Part shown: piece after piece, positions 1-13,099 of the stretch
Position numbering within the stretch: position 1 is the first letter of the stretch
How the letters are laid out: every line of letters starts with the position of its first letter
Source: Octopus sinensis
Lineage: Eukaryota
DNA length: 64,000 nucleotides
Assembly: GCF_006345805.1 (NCBI RefSeq)
Contig: NC_043004.1
Location: 7,130,001-7,194,000, forward strand
Reading direction: 5' to 3'
Translations under genes and position numbers: made by a program
The notes under the pieces: model-generated
Database searches by the model: none
The model's input: only the letters and a program-made list of their open reading frames with translations
Told to the model about the DNA's origin: nothing

Positions 1-559
1 TGTACCCATTGATATATGCAAGGAGGACGCCATATTGATTACGATGTTTCCAGATCAACACAAACTTTTAAAATTAGGAATAATAATAATAATAATAATA
101 ATAATAGTAATAATGAAATTATTGTATAGAGTGCTCAGGTGCACCACAACTTGTCAAAAGAGCGTATAAAGCATATGCAGTAATGTACAAATGTCTGGGG
201 AGTGAACAGTGTATGAGTCAGATACATGCTTGCGTGTGTATGGAGGGGAGAGAATCAGGTGTAGAGTTGGCGAATTTCAGGAAGCATGGAAGTTTTGAAG
301 GATGCAGTGCTCCGACAACTAATTTACAAAATCAGTGAAAAAATTAGGAAAGCACACACATTTACATTTTCTAGTAAATTATGCAAATTGGCAACACGTA
401 TAGCGTCATCGGTGAGCAGCTCTCCATTCACTTTATACACTAAATTTCACATTTGTCCCCCCTATTAACCAGTTTAGAACAGTCGGGTTTTGCTCTGACG
501 CACATTTTCCACCGAACTCAACTGGAATATTTTCGTGACAAGGTGGACACTAGTTTGAT

Positions 560-700
560 AGTTAAGCTCTGATTGGCTGTATGCAAATGAGTACATAAAT
601 AGGGTCCTGAACTCTCGTGGGAAAAGACTTCGCGCACATGGCGGCCTTTCCGTTTGCCGCATCGACTCACCCCCCCTCGCCAAAAACCCCCACGTATACG
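560..700 (+). promoter_or_regulatory. Promoter-like CpG-rich segment of an unidentified transcript
   Basis: CTGATTGG (reverse CCAAT), octamer ATGCAAAT, TATA-like CATAAATA, then TTCGCGC and YY1-like CATGGCGGCC within ~90 bp. No coding exon was recognised. Confidence 0.35.
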
Positions 701-1573
701 AAGCATTTACATTATATTATATCGTGGGTAATTAAGTGATGGCAGAATATTTTAATGATTTTGAGGTAGTAAGTGAGAGAGGGAGTGAGTGAGTGAAAGA
801 GAGAGAAAGAGGGAAATAGAAAGTGAGTGAGTGAGTGAGTGAGAGAGAGAGACAGACAGACAGAGAGGAGAAAGAGAGAAAGAAAGGAAACAAGAATGAT
901 TACTTAATGTTCTGTGTTTTATTTAAAAAATATAATGATCGAGTTATCGCCCCTGAAATAGTCCAAGCCGAAAAGTAAGACATTTGCGCTAAGCTTAATA
1001 ATAAATAGACAGCTCTTTCCCGTGTGTTCAACGACTGCCCAACGCAAGCGGAAAAATCAGTAGAAACCGTATACGGCCTACACGAATCTCATTTACATAA
1101 TCCCAGAAAAGAAACAAGTTAGGTTTAAAACTCCTAATTTTCATTTTCTCGTTGTTGTACGGGAGAATGGGTGAGTGTTTATAAACGTTGTTTAATTGGA
1201 GGCTACAGTAATGGGTTAATGGGTGTGAGTTCAATCTCTGGGTCAATCACGTTATATCTAGATCTATTCCGTGATTTCCCGAGTTAAGACAGTTTTGTTA
1301 AAACTTGTCCTTCCTTTATGCATTTTGTGCTGTTGCAGGTGAGTAACCCAGCAACAGGCTATACTAATCATTCATAGGTCCTAGGACTTCAGATGTAACT
1401 AAATAGCTCTGTACTCAGTTCTGCATTCCACACGCCCTTCTGTCCATTGTGGTCAGCCTAGGGGACATCAAACGACGGCTCAGTATGAAGAATACAAGCC
1501 CCATAATCCTATTAATAAATTTCAGAAAACAAATTAGGTAGTTTAAAATACCAAATATATTTTCTGTATTTTA

Positions 1574-2086
1574 AGGTGCAAGAATGACTGTGTGGTAAGT
1601 AGCATTTTCGAGAATGCAACAATCGGCGGGCTTTGTTTGCTTCTTCCACCAACCATTTCTTTCATGCCCTCATCATTGTGTTTTTGTCCAGCTCGCAGCT
1701 ACTACCTCTATGTACGACTTTTATATAGAGATGGTTCTCACTAACCACATAGTTCTGGGTTCAGCCCCACTGCGTGACAAGTTGGGCAAGTGTTTTCTAC
1801 TATAGCCTTGGACTGACCAAAGCCTTGTGAGGGGATTTTGTAGATGGAAAGTGAAAGAAGCCTGTTGCATATATGTGTATATGTTTGTGTGTCTGTGTTT
1901 GTCCTCCCAACATCGCTTGACAAACAATGCTGGTGTGTTGACATCCCTGTAACTTAGCAGTTCGGCAAAATCAACTGATAGAATAAATACTAGGCTTACA
2001 AAGAATAAGTCCTGGGGTTGATTTGTTCGACTAAGGGAGGTACTTCAGCATGGCTGTAGTCAAATGACTGAATCATGTAAAAGAAT
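1574..2086 (+). mobile_element. CORE-type tRNA-derived SINE (octopus OR-like family A), interrupted near its head
   Basis: A-box-like head, B-box GGTTCAGCCCC, CORE-like TTGGGCAAGTGT, internal microsatellite and the family tail …GTAAAAGAATA. Confidence 0.75.
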
Positions 2087-2089
2087 ATA

Positions 2090-2322
2090 CTTACTTATTT
2101 CTTTATTGCCACCCCCGGGGGGGGGGGGGTAAACATACAGAAGACAAACAAGAACAGACAAAGGGATTAAGTCAACTACATCAATCCCAGTGTGTAACTG
2201 ATACTTATTTAATCAACCTTGAAAGGATAAGTCGACCTCGGTGGAATTTGAACTCAGAACGTAGCAGCAGACGAAAGCATTTCACCCAGTGTGCTAACGA
2301 TTCTGCCAGTTCGCCACCCTTA
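2090..2322 (-). mobile_element. MetaSINE-type tRNA SINE (family B)
   Basis: Reverse complement of the family head GGCGAxCTGGCAGAATCGTTAGC…GAGTTCAAATTCC. Further copies lie at about 3793-3995, 7060-7270, 26795-26945, 34850-35265, 47720-47946 and 63533-63713 (all -). Confidence 0.75.
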
Positions 2323-2472
2323 AAAACAATATATTTATTGATGTACATATGTTTTATCCCAACTATGACCTGAATATAAAACTATAACTACAGTTTTATG
2401 CCATTATTTTATGATATGATATTATTTATACACACACATTTTATGACATTACTGCTTGCTTTTATGCGATGA

Positions 2473-2899
2473 CTAGCAGCATAGCCCGGCGTTGCCCGGG
2501 TATGTAAGAGCCCCTAGTAGGCAACGACTAATCCCAATCTAGTCCTTTCCCTCTAGGGAATGAAGGCGCATGTGTAAGTTGCAATGTCTTCTCTTCACTC
2601 GAATACTTCTGTGTATATGATGTTCCCAGCTGTCCCTTTGGGCGATAAAATGGTCGAGTTGTGTCCCCTGGGCAGAAAATGTGTTGCATATAAAAAGCTT
2701 AGATTCTCGACCCCATGTGGAATTTATTGATTCAGAACTGGGGGAACTTTTCAAAATTTTCACTGCGTTAGTTTTGAATTATGACATTGGGCTATGTGTG
2801 TGTCAAGTTTCATCAGAATTGGTTGAAAGCTGTGGTCAGGGTGAGGGTACAACCTGACAGACACACAGACAGACAAACTGCCGTTTATATATAGAGAGA
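2473..2899 (-). mobile_element. Non-autonomous Helitron
   Basis: The minus strand starts TC(TCTCTATATATAAA…) and ends in a GC hairpin (CCCGGGCAACGCCGGG) plus CTAG, between host A and T. Confidence 0.75.
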
Positions 2900-3404
2900 T
2901 TGCCCCCCCCCCCCAGACACACAGACAGACAAACTGCCATTTATATATAGAGAGATATACGATGAGAATGATGATGATGATGAAGCTCTCTTATCAACTT
3001 TGCATTTTGTTTATCACAATTTTTCATCCAATCAACACATCCATTGTGCTGTTTTTGAAATCCAAAGACATTTCTTAAAGCATAGCCATTTTGTATTTGG
3101 CAGTTTTATTTTTCTGCCACTTATATAATAATACAACTCTGTCCTTGAATTTGTTGATAATTTTAAAAGGTGTTGTGAATAAATAAGTTTGGAAATTGTC
3201 AAAACCTATCCAAAGTTTTCTGTACTCCTAATCTGTTGATTTTCTTGGAAATGTTTATAACAATAAGTTATATAATGTCTGTCATAAGGTGTTTTAGGTA
3301 CCTGTCACTATTGATTGACTAAATTTTGAAAACATTCTTGTTTGAATTCTGTTCTGAGCCAAATTATTTTTGTTTATGAAATTTAAGAGTTCGTTTTATC
3401 TTCT

Positions 3405-4095
3405 ATCTTTAATTTGTTTCACTCAATACATTGTGGTCATGCTGGAGCACCACTTTGAATGAATTGACCCTAGTGTTGTAATTTTTTTTTAAAGCCTGAT
3501 AAATTATTCTACTAGTCTCTTTTGCTGATCTGCTAAGTTACAGGGGATGTAAACACGTCAACACCTGTTGTCAAGTGGTAGTTGGGGACAAACACAGACA
3601 CAAGTACTCACGCACACGCACTCACAAACACACACACACACTCATGCACATGCACACGTGTGCACACACACGTGCACATGCTCACACACACACACGCACG
3701 CAATCATGCATGCATGCACACACGCACACACACGCACACATACACACACACGCACACATACACACACACACACACAATGGCCATCTTTCAGTTTTATATT
3801 TCTTTATTGCCCACAAGGGGCTAAACATAGAGGAGACAAACAAGAACAGACAAAGGGATTAAGTCGATTAGATCGACCCCAGTGCGTAACTGGTACTTTA
3901 TTTATTGACCCCCCCCCCCCCCGAAAGGATGAAAGGCAAAGTCGATCTTGGCGGAATTTGAACTCAGAACACAACGTTTCTGCCAGCTCACTGCCTGCTT
4001 TCAGTTTCTGTCTGCCAAATCTACTCACAAGGCTTTGGTTGGCCCTAGGCTATAATAGAAAAGACTTGCCCAAGGTGGCACACAGTGAAACTGAG
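3405..4095 (-). mobile_element. Family A SINE with expanded (CA)n centre and nested family B SINE
   Basis: Family A tail at ~3405-3600 and head part at ~3995-4095 flank a (CA)n tract and a family B copy at ~3793-3995. Confidence 0.7.
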
Positions 4096-5752
4096 TTCAG
4101 AACACAAGTCTAGGCAAGATCATTCATTGAAGACCAGTAGTTGCTCATGCATACCAACCTCCCCTTTCCGTGCCACTGATGTGATTCAAGGGAAAGGCAA
4201 AACCCAATATAGCTTGGCACCAGTGATGTCACAACTCATAACTACAGCTGAGTGAACTGGAGCAACGTGAAATATAGTGTGTTGTGCAAGAACACAACAC
4301 ACAGCCTGGTCTGGGAATTGAACTCACAACCTCATGATTGTGAGCCTGACACTTTAACCACTGAGCCTTCCACTTTCACTTATCTATATAATAAGTATAA
4401 ATTTATAGATTTCTTATATCTCTTCTGTTCTAAGTTTCATGTCTTTGTTAGCTGGTGGCCTGATTAAGGTAGCAGAGCATCAGATAAAGTGCCTTGTGGT
4501 ATTTGTTCTGATTCTTAGCAATCTAACTACAAATTCAGCCAAGTTCCACTTTCTTTCATTCTTTTGGTGATGGTGGTGGTGTGGAGGCAATAAAAAAGTA
4601 CCAGTCTAGGGCTGGGGTTTGGTGAAACAGTAAGAATATCAGACCAGATGCTTTATGGCATTTATTTTAGATCTTTGAGTTCTGAGTTCAAATCCCATTG
4701 CCTGATACATTGGGTGTCTTTAGCAGAATCCTCTATGTTGCAATCATTTGTGCTACGACCCTGGTTTGAGAATATCTTCAGCCTTTACTCCCAACTACCA
4801 ATTTTGGAGGCCCTGTAGTGGGTGATGGTCACTGCTTTTCTTCCAGACTAAAAGAGAGAATATAAAAAATAATAATTTAGAGCTTTGTGTGTTGTATAGT
4901 TGTAAGCATTGTTGAATGCTGTAGATATAGCTATGCGCACAGGTATGGCTGTATGATTAAGAACTTTGCTTTCCAACCATGTGGTCTCAAGTTCAGTCCC
5001 ACTGCAAGGCACCATGAGAAAGTGTCTCCTAGTATATTCCCAAACCAACCAAAGCCTTGTGAATAGATTTGATTGATAGTAACTAGAAGAAGCCCACTTT
5101 ATATATATAACCCATGCCAGCATGAAAAACAGACATTAAATGATGATGAAAATGATAATGATGATGATGATGATGATAAAGATGATGATGTTAATATATA
5201 TATATATATATATATATTAATCCCAAAATAGATTCAATATAGAGATAACAAACTTTAAAAAAAAATTCTGTTAGCTTGCTTTCCTCGATTTCAGCATGAC
5301 GTTGTTGAATGCTGTAGATATAGCTATGCGCACAGGTATGGCTGTACGATTAAGAACTTTGCTTTCCAACAAACAGAAGGATTCTGAGAGGGCCAGTATC
5401 CTAAAAAAAACTCATTTGACCCAGGGACCATTTTAATCTCTAGGAAAGAGGTATTCATTTAATGCCCACATCTAAAACGTTTCCTACTTCAGACTTGGAA
5501 TTCCCTATTCATTGAATAGTCCCACCACAGCTCCTTCAAATAGCACCATGGCAAGAGCCAATGGAAGGAGGATATATATTGTAATGTGGAAATTGATGAT
5601 TTAAAGTCTGTTCTCAGTATATTGGCATTGAAATAATTTTTCTATTGGCCTTGTTTATAAGTTGTTTATAATTTTAACCTTTATAGGTATTTTAATATGC
5701 TGCCACTTTTGATGAAATTTTTTCTGAAAAAATTTTTATCCTATATTAGTAG

Positions 5753-5789
<37 letters not shown>

Positions 5790-7362
5790 ATATATTATTC
5801 TTTAACAAGAATGGTATTGACTTTGACTTTGAAATTTCAGCCAGCTAAGCCATCATTGGACTTTCTGATGATGGCTTAGCTGGTCAAAATTTTGAAGTCT
5901 CTGTCAATTACTATTTTTGTTAAAGAATAGTAAATTTGTTCACTACAACAGTAAGGAGTAATTCTGCAGGTTAATGCAAAATTATTTTTAAGTACTACTG
6001 AACATAAAAACAAACATTAATGTCTATATATAAATCATCATCATCATTGTTTAACGTCCACCATCCAGGAAGTTATGGCTGGTCATGTAGTGACCAGTGC
6101 TTAGAAGTATATATGAAAGGAATTGTTCTTGCTGTTTTGCTAGTTTATGAACAATAACTTAGTAAGTGTTCTACAGGTAAGTAAGGCTTAGCAATATAGA
6201 CAACTCATCAGACTCAAATGGTTGAAGGTACATAACCTCTCTAGAATTAGAAGAAAAAATATGTAATGGTCAGTTAGCTTTGTAAACAAAAAAATACCTG
6301 TCTGTGCTGCGGGACGGGATTAGCCGGATGGGACAGATTTATCCCCCTTTCATTGGCTCTTGCCATGGTGCTATTTGAAGGAGCTGTGGTGGGACTATTC
6401 AATGAATAGGGAATTCCAAGTCTGAAGTAGGAAACGTTTTAGATGTGGGCATTAAATGAATACCTCTTTCCTAGAGATTAAAATGGTCCCTGGATCAAAT
6501 TAGTTTTTTTAGGATACTGGCTCTCTCAGAATCCTCCTGTTTGTATAAGCCCTGGTTGTTCAAGGAGCTTCCATTTAATTATGTACGGGGTTCTTTCTTT
6601 TTTAAGCACCATACATGGCTGGCCAATGATGTGATGGTGCGCCTTTCTGGTATTCTGGAAAGAAAGAGAGAGAGGAGAGAGAGAGAATGAAACAGAGAGA
6701 GAGTGAGTGAGTGAGAGAGAGAGAATGAAAGAGAGAGAGTGAGTGAATGAGAGAGAGAGAGAGAGAGAGAGAGATGTGTGAGGTCAAGGTACTATGTGAA
6801 TTTGTGAGAGATAGAACAGGATAAAGGAAAAGGATGTGTAGGTGTGCTGAATATGAATGGTGTGACAGATGATAAGAGATAGCGTATGAGTTGGACACAG
6901 AGACTATCAGTTCAGTGGAGGGGGAAGTGAAGGATGGAAATAGTGTAACATAGAAGATGGAAGTATGGGTGTTAGAAGATGAATTGTAGAAGGAGTCTTG
7001 ACAAAACCTCACTTCTACTGAGATGAACGTGTTTTCTCAAGTACAGCAAATTGGTTTCAAATCCTGGAACAAGGCCAGTGATTTCGGGGGAGAGGGTAAA
7101 TCAATTACATGGACCCTAGTGCTCAACTGGTACTTACTTCATCAACCCTGAAAGGACGAAAGGCAAAATTGACCCCAGTGGGATTTGAACTCAGAATGTT
7201 AAAGCAGAAGAAATGCTACTAAGCATTTTGCCTGGCATGCTTATGATTCTGCCAGCTCACCACCTTAAGCATAGCGTATTGCTATTTATCTCAGTCCCAC
7301 CATCATTTTCTATGAGCTGATACAGTCTGTGTGTGTGTGTGTGTGAGAGAGAGAATGGTGAG

Positions 7363-7398
<36 letters not shown>

Positions 7399-8146
7399 TA
7401 TTGAGGGAAGAGTGGGAGGAGAAACTTCTTTGTTATCTTATTTATTGACCTCAAAAAATGAAGGGCAAAGTTGGCTTCAATTGGGTTTGAAATTAAGATT
7501 GCAGTGAGCAAGAATAAATATTGTAACATATTTTGACATGCTAATGACTTGTTGCGATGTTTTAGCATAAAATGAGTTATTGCTTGAAGTTAGTATGTAA
7601 GGGCATCAGAGAAATAAACTGTCATCTGATTGGTTAGGATGCATGTTAGATGATGTAATCTCAGACACATGAATCCTGTGTGGCCGAATGATTAAGATGA
7701 CTTCTTTGCAATTATGTACCTGCCTCCAGATTCGATGTTACTGTATAATTCTGGATGAATGCCTTTCTATAACGTCAGGTTTATCCAATTGTTATGAGTG
7801 AAACTAAGTAGAGGAGAAACTGTTTGAAAGCTTAAATGGATTTTAACTGGCACTCCGTTGGTTTTGATGACAAGTGCTTCAGTTGATCCGATCAATGGAA
7901 CAGCTCGCTTGTAAAATTAACATGCAAGTTGTAGTTCTCAAGGAGATTCAGCATGACACAGAAAGTGACAAGGCAGGCCATTTGAAATACAGGTATTACT
8001 AATTTTTGCCAGCTGGGTGGACTGGAGCTACATAAAATAAAATAAAGCGTCTTGCTCAAGGACGTACTGTACTCATGGCTTTACAATTATGAGCAGAATA
8101 CCCTAACCACTATTCCACAAGAAATACATACAGTGCAAGTTTAAAG

Positions 8147-8279
8147 CAGTTATGGGCAAATTGCAGTCCATGGGACGTTCTGAACAGCATACCTACTTTG
8201 AATTGATTTAGTGATATGACCTGCCTGATGATGTCATGTCTTATGTGGCCTGTTTCTCAGAAAAGATTGCTCATACCTG
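8147..8279. mobile_element. hAT (Charlie-type) MITE
   Basis: TIRs CAGTTATGGGCAA / TTGCTCATACCTG, flanked by imperfect 8-bp sites GTTTAAAG / CTTTAGAG resembling the Charlie NTCTAGAN target. Confidence 0.6.
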
Positions 8280-9924
8280 CTTTAGAGATAGACAAGCAAT
8301 TGTTAGACGCTCTCATTGGAATCATAAAACAATTACCAGTAATATGTAGAAATATCATCATCGTTTAAACATCTGCTTTCCATGCTAGCATGGGTTGGAC
8401 AATTTGACTGAGGACTGGCGAACCAGATGGCTGCACCAGGCTCCAATCTTGATCTGGCAAAGTTTCTACAGCTGGATGCCCTTCCTAACGCCAACCATTC
8501 TGAGAGTGTAGTGGGTGCTTTTACATGCCACCGGCACGAGGGCCAGTCAGGCGGTACTGGCAATGGCCATGCTCAAATGGTGTTTTTTATGTGCTTTTTT
8601 AAATGCCACCTGCACAGGAGCCAGTCGAGCGGCACTGGCAACGACTTCACTTGAATGTTTTTCCATGTGCCAGTAAGGTGACGCTGGTAACGATCACGTT
8701 CGAATGGTGCTTCGAATCTATAGTGAGACCAGCTAAAGATCTACTAATTAAACAAGAACTAATGTTTTTAATTACTCTTACATGCTTTCCCTGTGGATTT
8801 GTTTCACTCTTGTCAATGAGTATCAATACTCTACCTATGGGGTTAAATATACCCAACAGCTGGTATCCTATTTGCTGACCTATACAGTTGAATTTAATTC
8901 ACTGTTTATTTTTTTTACATTAAAATTTCTATGAAACTATAGATTTGATGGGTTGCAAATCATGACCTTTTGACATTATTTCAAGAACCTGAAGCCAACA
9001 TGTTTGTACTTCAGTTATATAACTACAGTATTTTAAAGCTATTTTAATGAACATGTCTATGGAGATGATGACAAATGAGCAAGACTTTTGGTGATTTGTT
9101 GAGCTTGAGAAGGCACATCAAGCTAAGTGCTGGTGATTAAAAGTTACCTGTGCCACTGACACATGAAAAGGCATCCATGCTGGCAACATGTAAGAGACTG
9201 TTGGTATACTCTGTGGAGTGGTTGGCATTAGGAAGGGTATCCAAGCCATAGAAACCAGGCCAAAATAGACCGGAGCATGGTTCACCTTTTCGGTTCCCCA
9301 GTTCTAGTCAAACCGTCCAACTCATGCTAGCATGGAAAATGGACGCTAAATGATGATAATTTGGTGAAATATTTATTAGATCATGAACTTGGGATTAAAA
9401 TTTTCCCCTAAATGATGTAAAATTTAATTAAAAATGAACCACCCTCATCTCAATAACAGGAACTCCTTAATTAGGGGAAAATACACCAAAGTGCTTAGAA
9501 GTACATATGGAAAGAACAATTCTCGTTCTTTTGCTAGTTTATAAACTATAACTTAGCAAATGTTCTACAGGTGAGTAAGCTTTTTTGGTCACAACATTCT
9601 TTGTCATCAGAGCAATTTTCAGTTTTGGATTCCGAGAAAATTCATTGATATAAAGGGTGTGTTAAGACACAATGATAGGAAAAGATTGAACTATGACTAA
9701 TAAATGCATCATACACAAAAATAACACTAATAATTCTGTAACGGAACTGGAACCGACATAATGCGTCACCTATAATACAGTGAATAATAGCATAAAATGA
9801 ACTTAATATATTTTCGTAATATATAAATAAATAGTAAAATAATTTTTTTTTATTTAAAATTTTTCCAAAATAAAAATAGGTGAAATAATTTAACGAAACT
9901 GATTAAAAGAAATAATTTTTTAGT

Positions 9925-10121
9925 GTTGCGGAAAGAGCCGAAGATGACGTCAATGTCGAAGTGAAGGAAGTGGTGGTGGTGCTAGTTGTTAGTCTATCAA
10001 CAGCCACAGAGCTGTGACGTCATGGTGAATATGGCGCTAGTTGTTGTTACATGTGATCCTAAGAGATCCGAATTTAATTCTGGGGTCTATTGTACATGGT
10101 GGCTGATTTCGAAAGGTGAGT
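9925..10121 (+). promoter_or_regulatory. Probable OSER1 promoter and first (5' UTR) exon
   Basis: Unique, CpG-containing island after very AT-rich DNA. It has two perfect CRE palindromes TGACGTCA (9945-9952, 10015-10022), ETS-like GCGGAA and GGAAGT, YY1-like AATATGGCG (10028-10036) and a consensus donor AAG|GTGAGT at 10115/10116. The link to OSER1 is inferred. Confidence 0.6.
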
Positions 10122-10293
10122 GGAAATCTAGTTTTTGTAAATATTTATACTTTCTTTTCTGTGTACACTAAAGCACACACTTCTCGGCATAATTATATTC
10201 TACGAACCTACTCATGGCTACTGTTCTATGTATGTATGTATGTATGTATATATATATATATATAGTGTTTGTGGAGAGATATGTGCACATGTT

Positions 10294-10335
<42 letters not shown>

Positions 10336-10430
10336 TATGTGTGTGTATATGTATCTGTATATATGTAGTTTAACGTTTACAAAATGTATATACTGCTGGT
10401 TGCAAGTTAGTAAAACGTAAATCTCTCTCT

Positions 10431-10504
<74 letters not shown>

Positions 10505-10512
10505 TACATATA

Positions 10513-10560
<48 letters not shown>

Positions 10561-11088
10561 AATATATATATGGCTGCATCGCAATGTTTTTCTGTGTATC
10601 TTCCTCTATGTTTATTGTAAATAGCAAGAGTTATTGCGTATCTTCTCTGCATTGCTCTTCTCCGTGTCAAACTCTAGTATCACACTTGCCTATGTTGTTG
10701 CTGTCCTGGTTTGTTTTGCTCAACCATCGACAAGGTTAACTCGAGAAACTGTTTACTTTGTAAATGAAAAATCACTTGGATACTCATTAATATCCCCGGG
10801 TCCTTTAAAATTTTGTCTTTCTGTCACACACGATGAATATAACATTGGTTGATTTTCGGTTCTCCCGAAAATATATATATATATAAAAAAAAAAAGTATT
10901 TGTTCTGAAATTAGTGATCAGTAACTAACAGAACCTCAAGGTAAATGCATAATTTAATTTGCTATTTTTGTATCGCCCTCGATCCCATAGTTTGTTACTT
11001 AACACACACACACAAAAAAACAAGGCATGTATACATACACATGTTTGAAACATTAATTACAGCGTTAAATACACACTGTATATGTATG

Positions 11089-11124
<36 letters not shown>

Positions 11125-13099
11125 GATGTATTTATATAAATGATAAATCGTGTTAAAGTGTCGTATTGTATATCAATGCTTGTACTTCGCAACATACAAA
11201 CTAAACACAATTCCCACATTTATTTATATATTTATGCTTAAAAGCGATTACAATTATTGAAATAAGTTATCAATTTAGCTGTGACTTTTCGGATTCTTTA
11301 ATGTTTGTATTATTATTATTATTATTATATCTTATAAAAACGTGGTAAAAGAGTAAATTTTATTTTGTAAATTTTCATCTATATAAAACTTTTTATCTCA
11401 GAGGGGCACTGATCTAATTTTCGAGTTTATATCTTAATGAAGCATTCTTGTACAGCTATACTACAATGGTACATAAGTTTTTTGTTAACTTTAATTTTTA
11501 TACACATTTATAGAATGTTCTATTCATTCGGACATTTATATTCCATTAGTAGGTATTTAACGCGCGTAATTAATTTTCAAAATACAAGTTATAAATTATA
11601 TAGGTTTGGGTGTAAAAATTATTTGCGTAAGATAAAAAATTAAACTGAAACTAATAATTTAAGTGATATCTCAAAATAGGAAAGTTAAACATGACTTAGC
11701 AAATTAATTCCTTTACCTTGTTACAGTATAAGAATTCACACACACACTCAAAAACATACACACACACACACACACGGCAGTGACTAGTGATTTAAACAAA
11801 CTTTTGATTTTGAACTTTTCAACTTCGACCTCTTTTCCGTATTCGCCTCGATCATTTTAAAATCTTGGTTCTCCGTAACTTTTTAATTCTTTCTCGAAAG
11901 TTTTTGACGGGCCGGTCTTCATCAATCCAATTTGTTACAATAAGGGTATAACTCCGTTGGAACTACATCGCTGTCACTTAGCAACTCGTTGATTCAATCT
12001 AAGAACTTTTCTTTGTTACATGGGCTTTTATTTTATGAACAATTGAAGGAATCTATATCAGCGCTTAGCTTGCTAGAAACCGCAGCCATATCGTCTTCAA
12101 TTTACAGCCTCCCGCCTTGAAGACGGGAAGGACATAATAGATATGAATGTATCCCTAGACATCATTAAAAAGTGGCCTTATCTGGGGCGCCTTCGAGCAA
12201 GGTTGATGGATTGGGGGTTAAAACCAGCGACAAATTCTTTACTAAATAACATAACGTCTTCAGTGCAGAGGGTTATTAAAGGAGGGTAACTAACAACTGA
12301 AAGGAAGTTCGAATCAATGTTCTAGAATCTTACTGATTTGTATTAACTGATGGCCATGTGATAGATAACATTTTAAACATCAATTTTAATGTAGTCTTTA
12401 CATCAAAATAGGTTCACAATATGATTTGTTTAGTTTTAAGGAGACTTTTTGATCGACAGTATTCCAGCTATGACCAAGTCATTAATAGGTTTGTAGGATT
12501 ATGGTACGCTGTTTTTTTTTTTGTAAGACGAATGCGATACTAGGGAGATTTGGCTACTACTTTTAGCTGATCGAGCGATCGCGTAGATAGAAGCTTCTAC
12601 AAGTTGATTTCTTTCTCGATACTGTTAATATGGGACAGTATCGTGGTTAGCGAAACCTCATCTTGCCATCATTTGGAGCAGATCTTGACCATTCCTTATT
12701 TTATTGATAGTGTATTTAGAACTACCCTTTGTGTTTTTAACACATTAGGGTTTGATCTGAAGGACATTTAGCTTATATTTCCAGCATGTCCAGCGACCGC
12801 GTAGAGGCCCCCTCGTTTATGTAAGATAAATTTACAAAGTATACTCAAAAATAGAGCAACAAAATGACTTATTCTGAAAGACCGCCCTGACTCACATGTG
12901 AAGAAGGATCCTACGCTATCCAACGAGGGAAGATTTATCTCTCAAGTATTTAATTCCACAGAAACTTAAAACTAATTCTGAGTACATATTAGTTCATTAA
13001 GAGGTTAACTGGAAATGTCTTCCTTAATAAATAATTGTTTTTTAAACAAGCATAATAATGATTTATATAAACACGAGACCACACACATATATATATTTG

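Noticed and set aside
8139-8335. Long hairpin plus AGACAA and ACA, resembling an H/ACA snoRNA
   Set aside because: The stem is better explained as hAT-Charlie MITE TIRs with an 8-bp target site.
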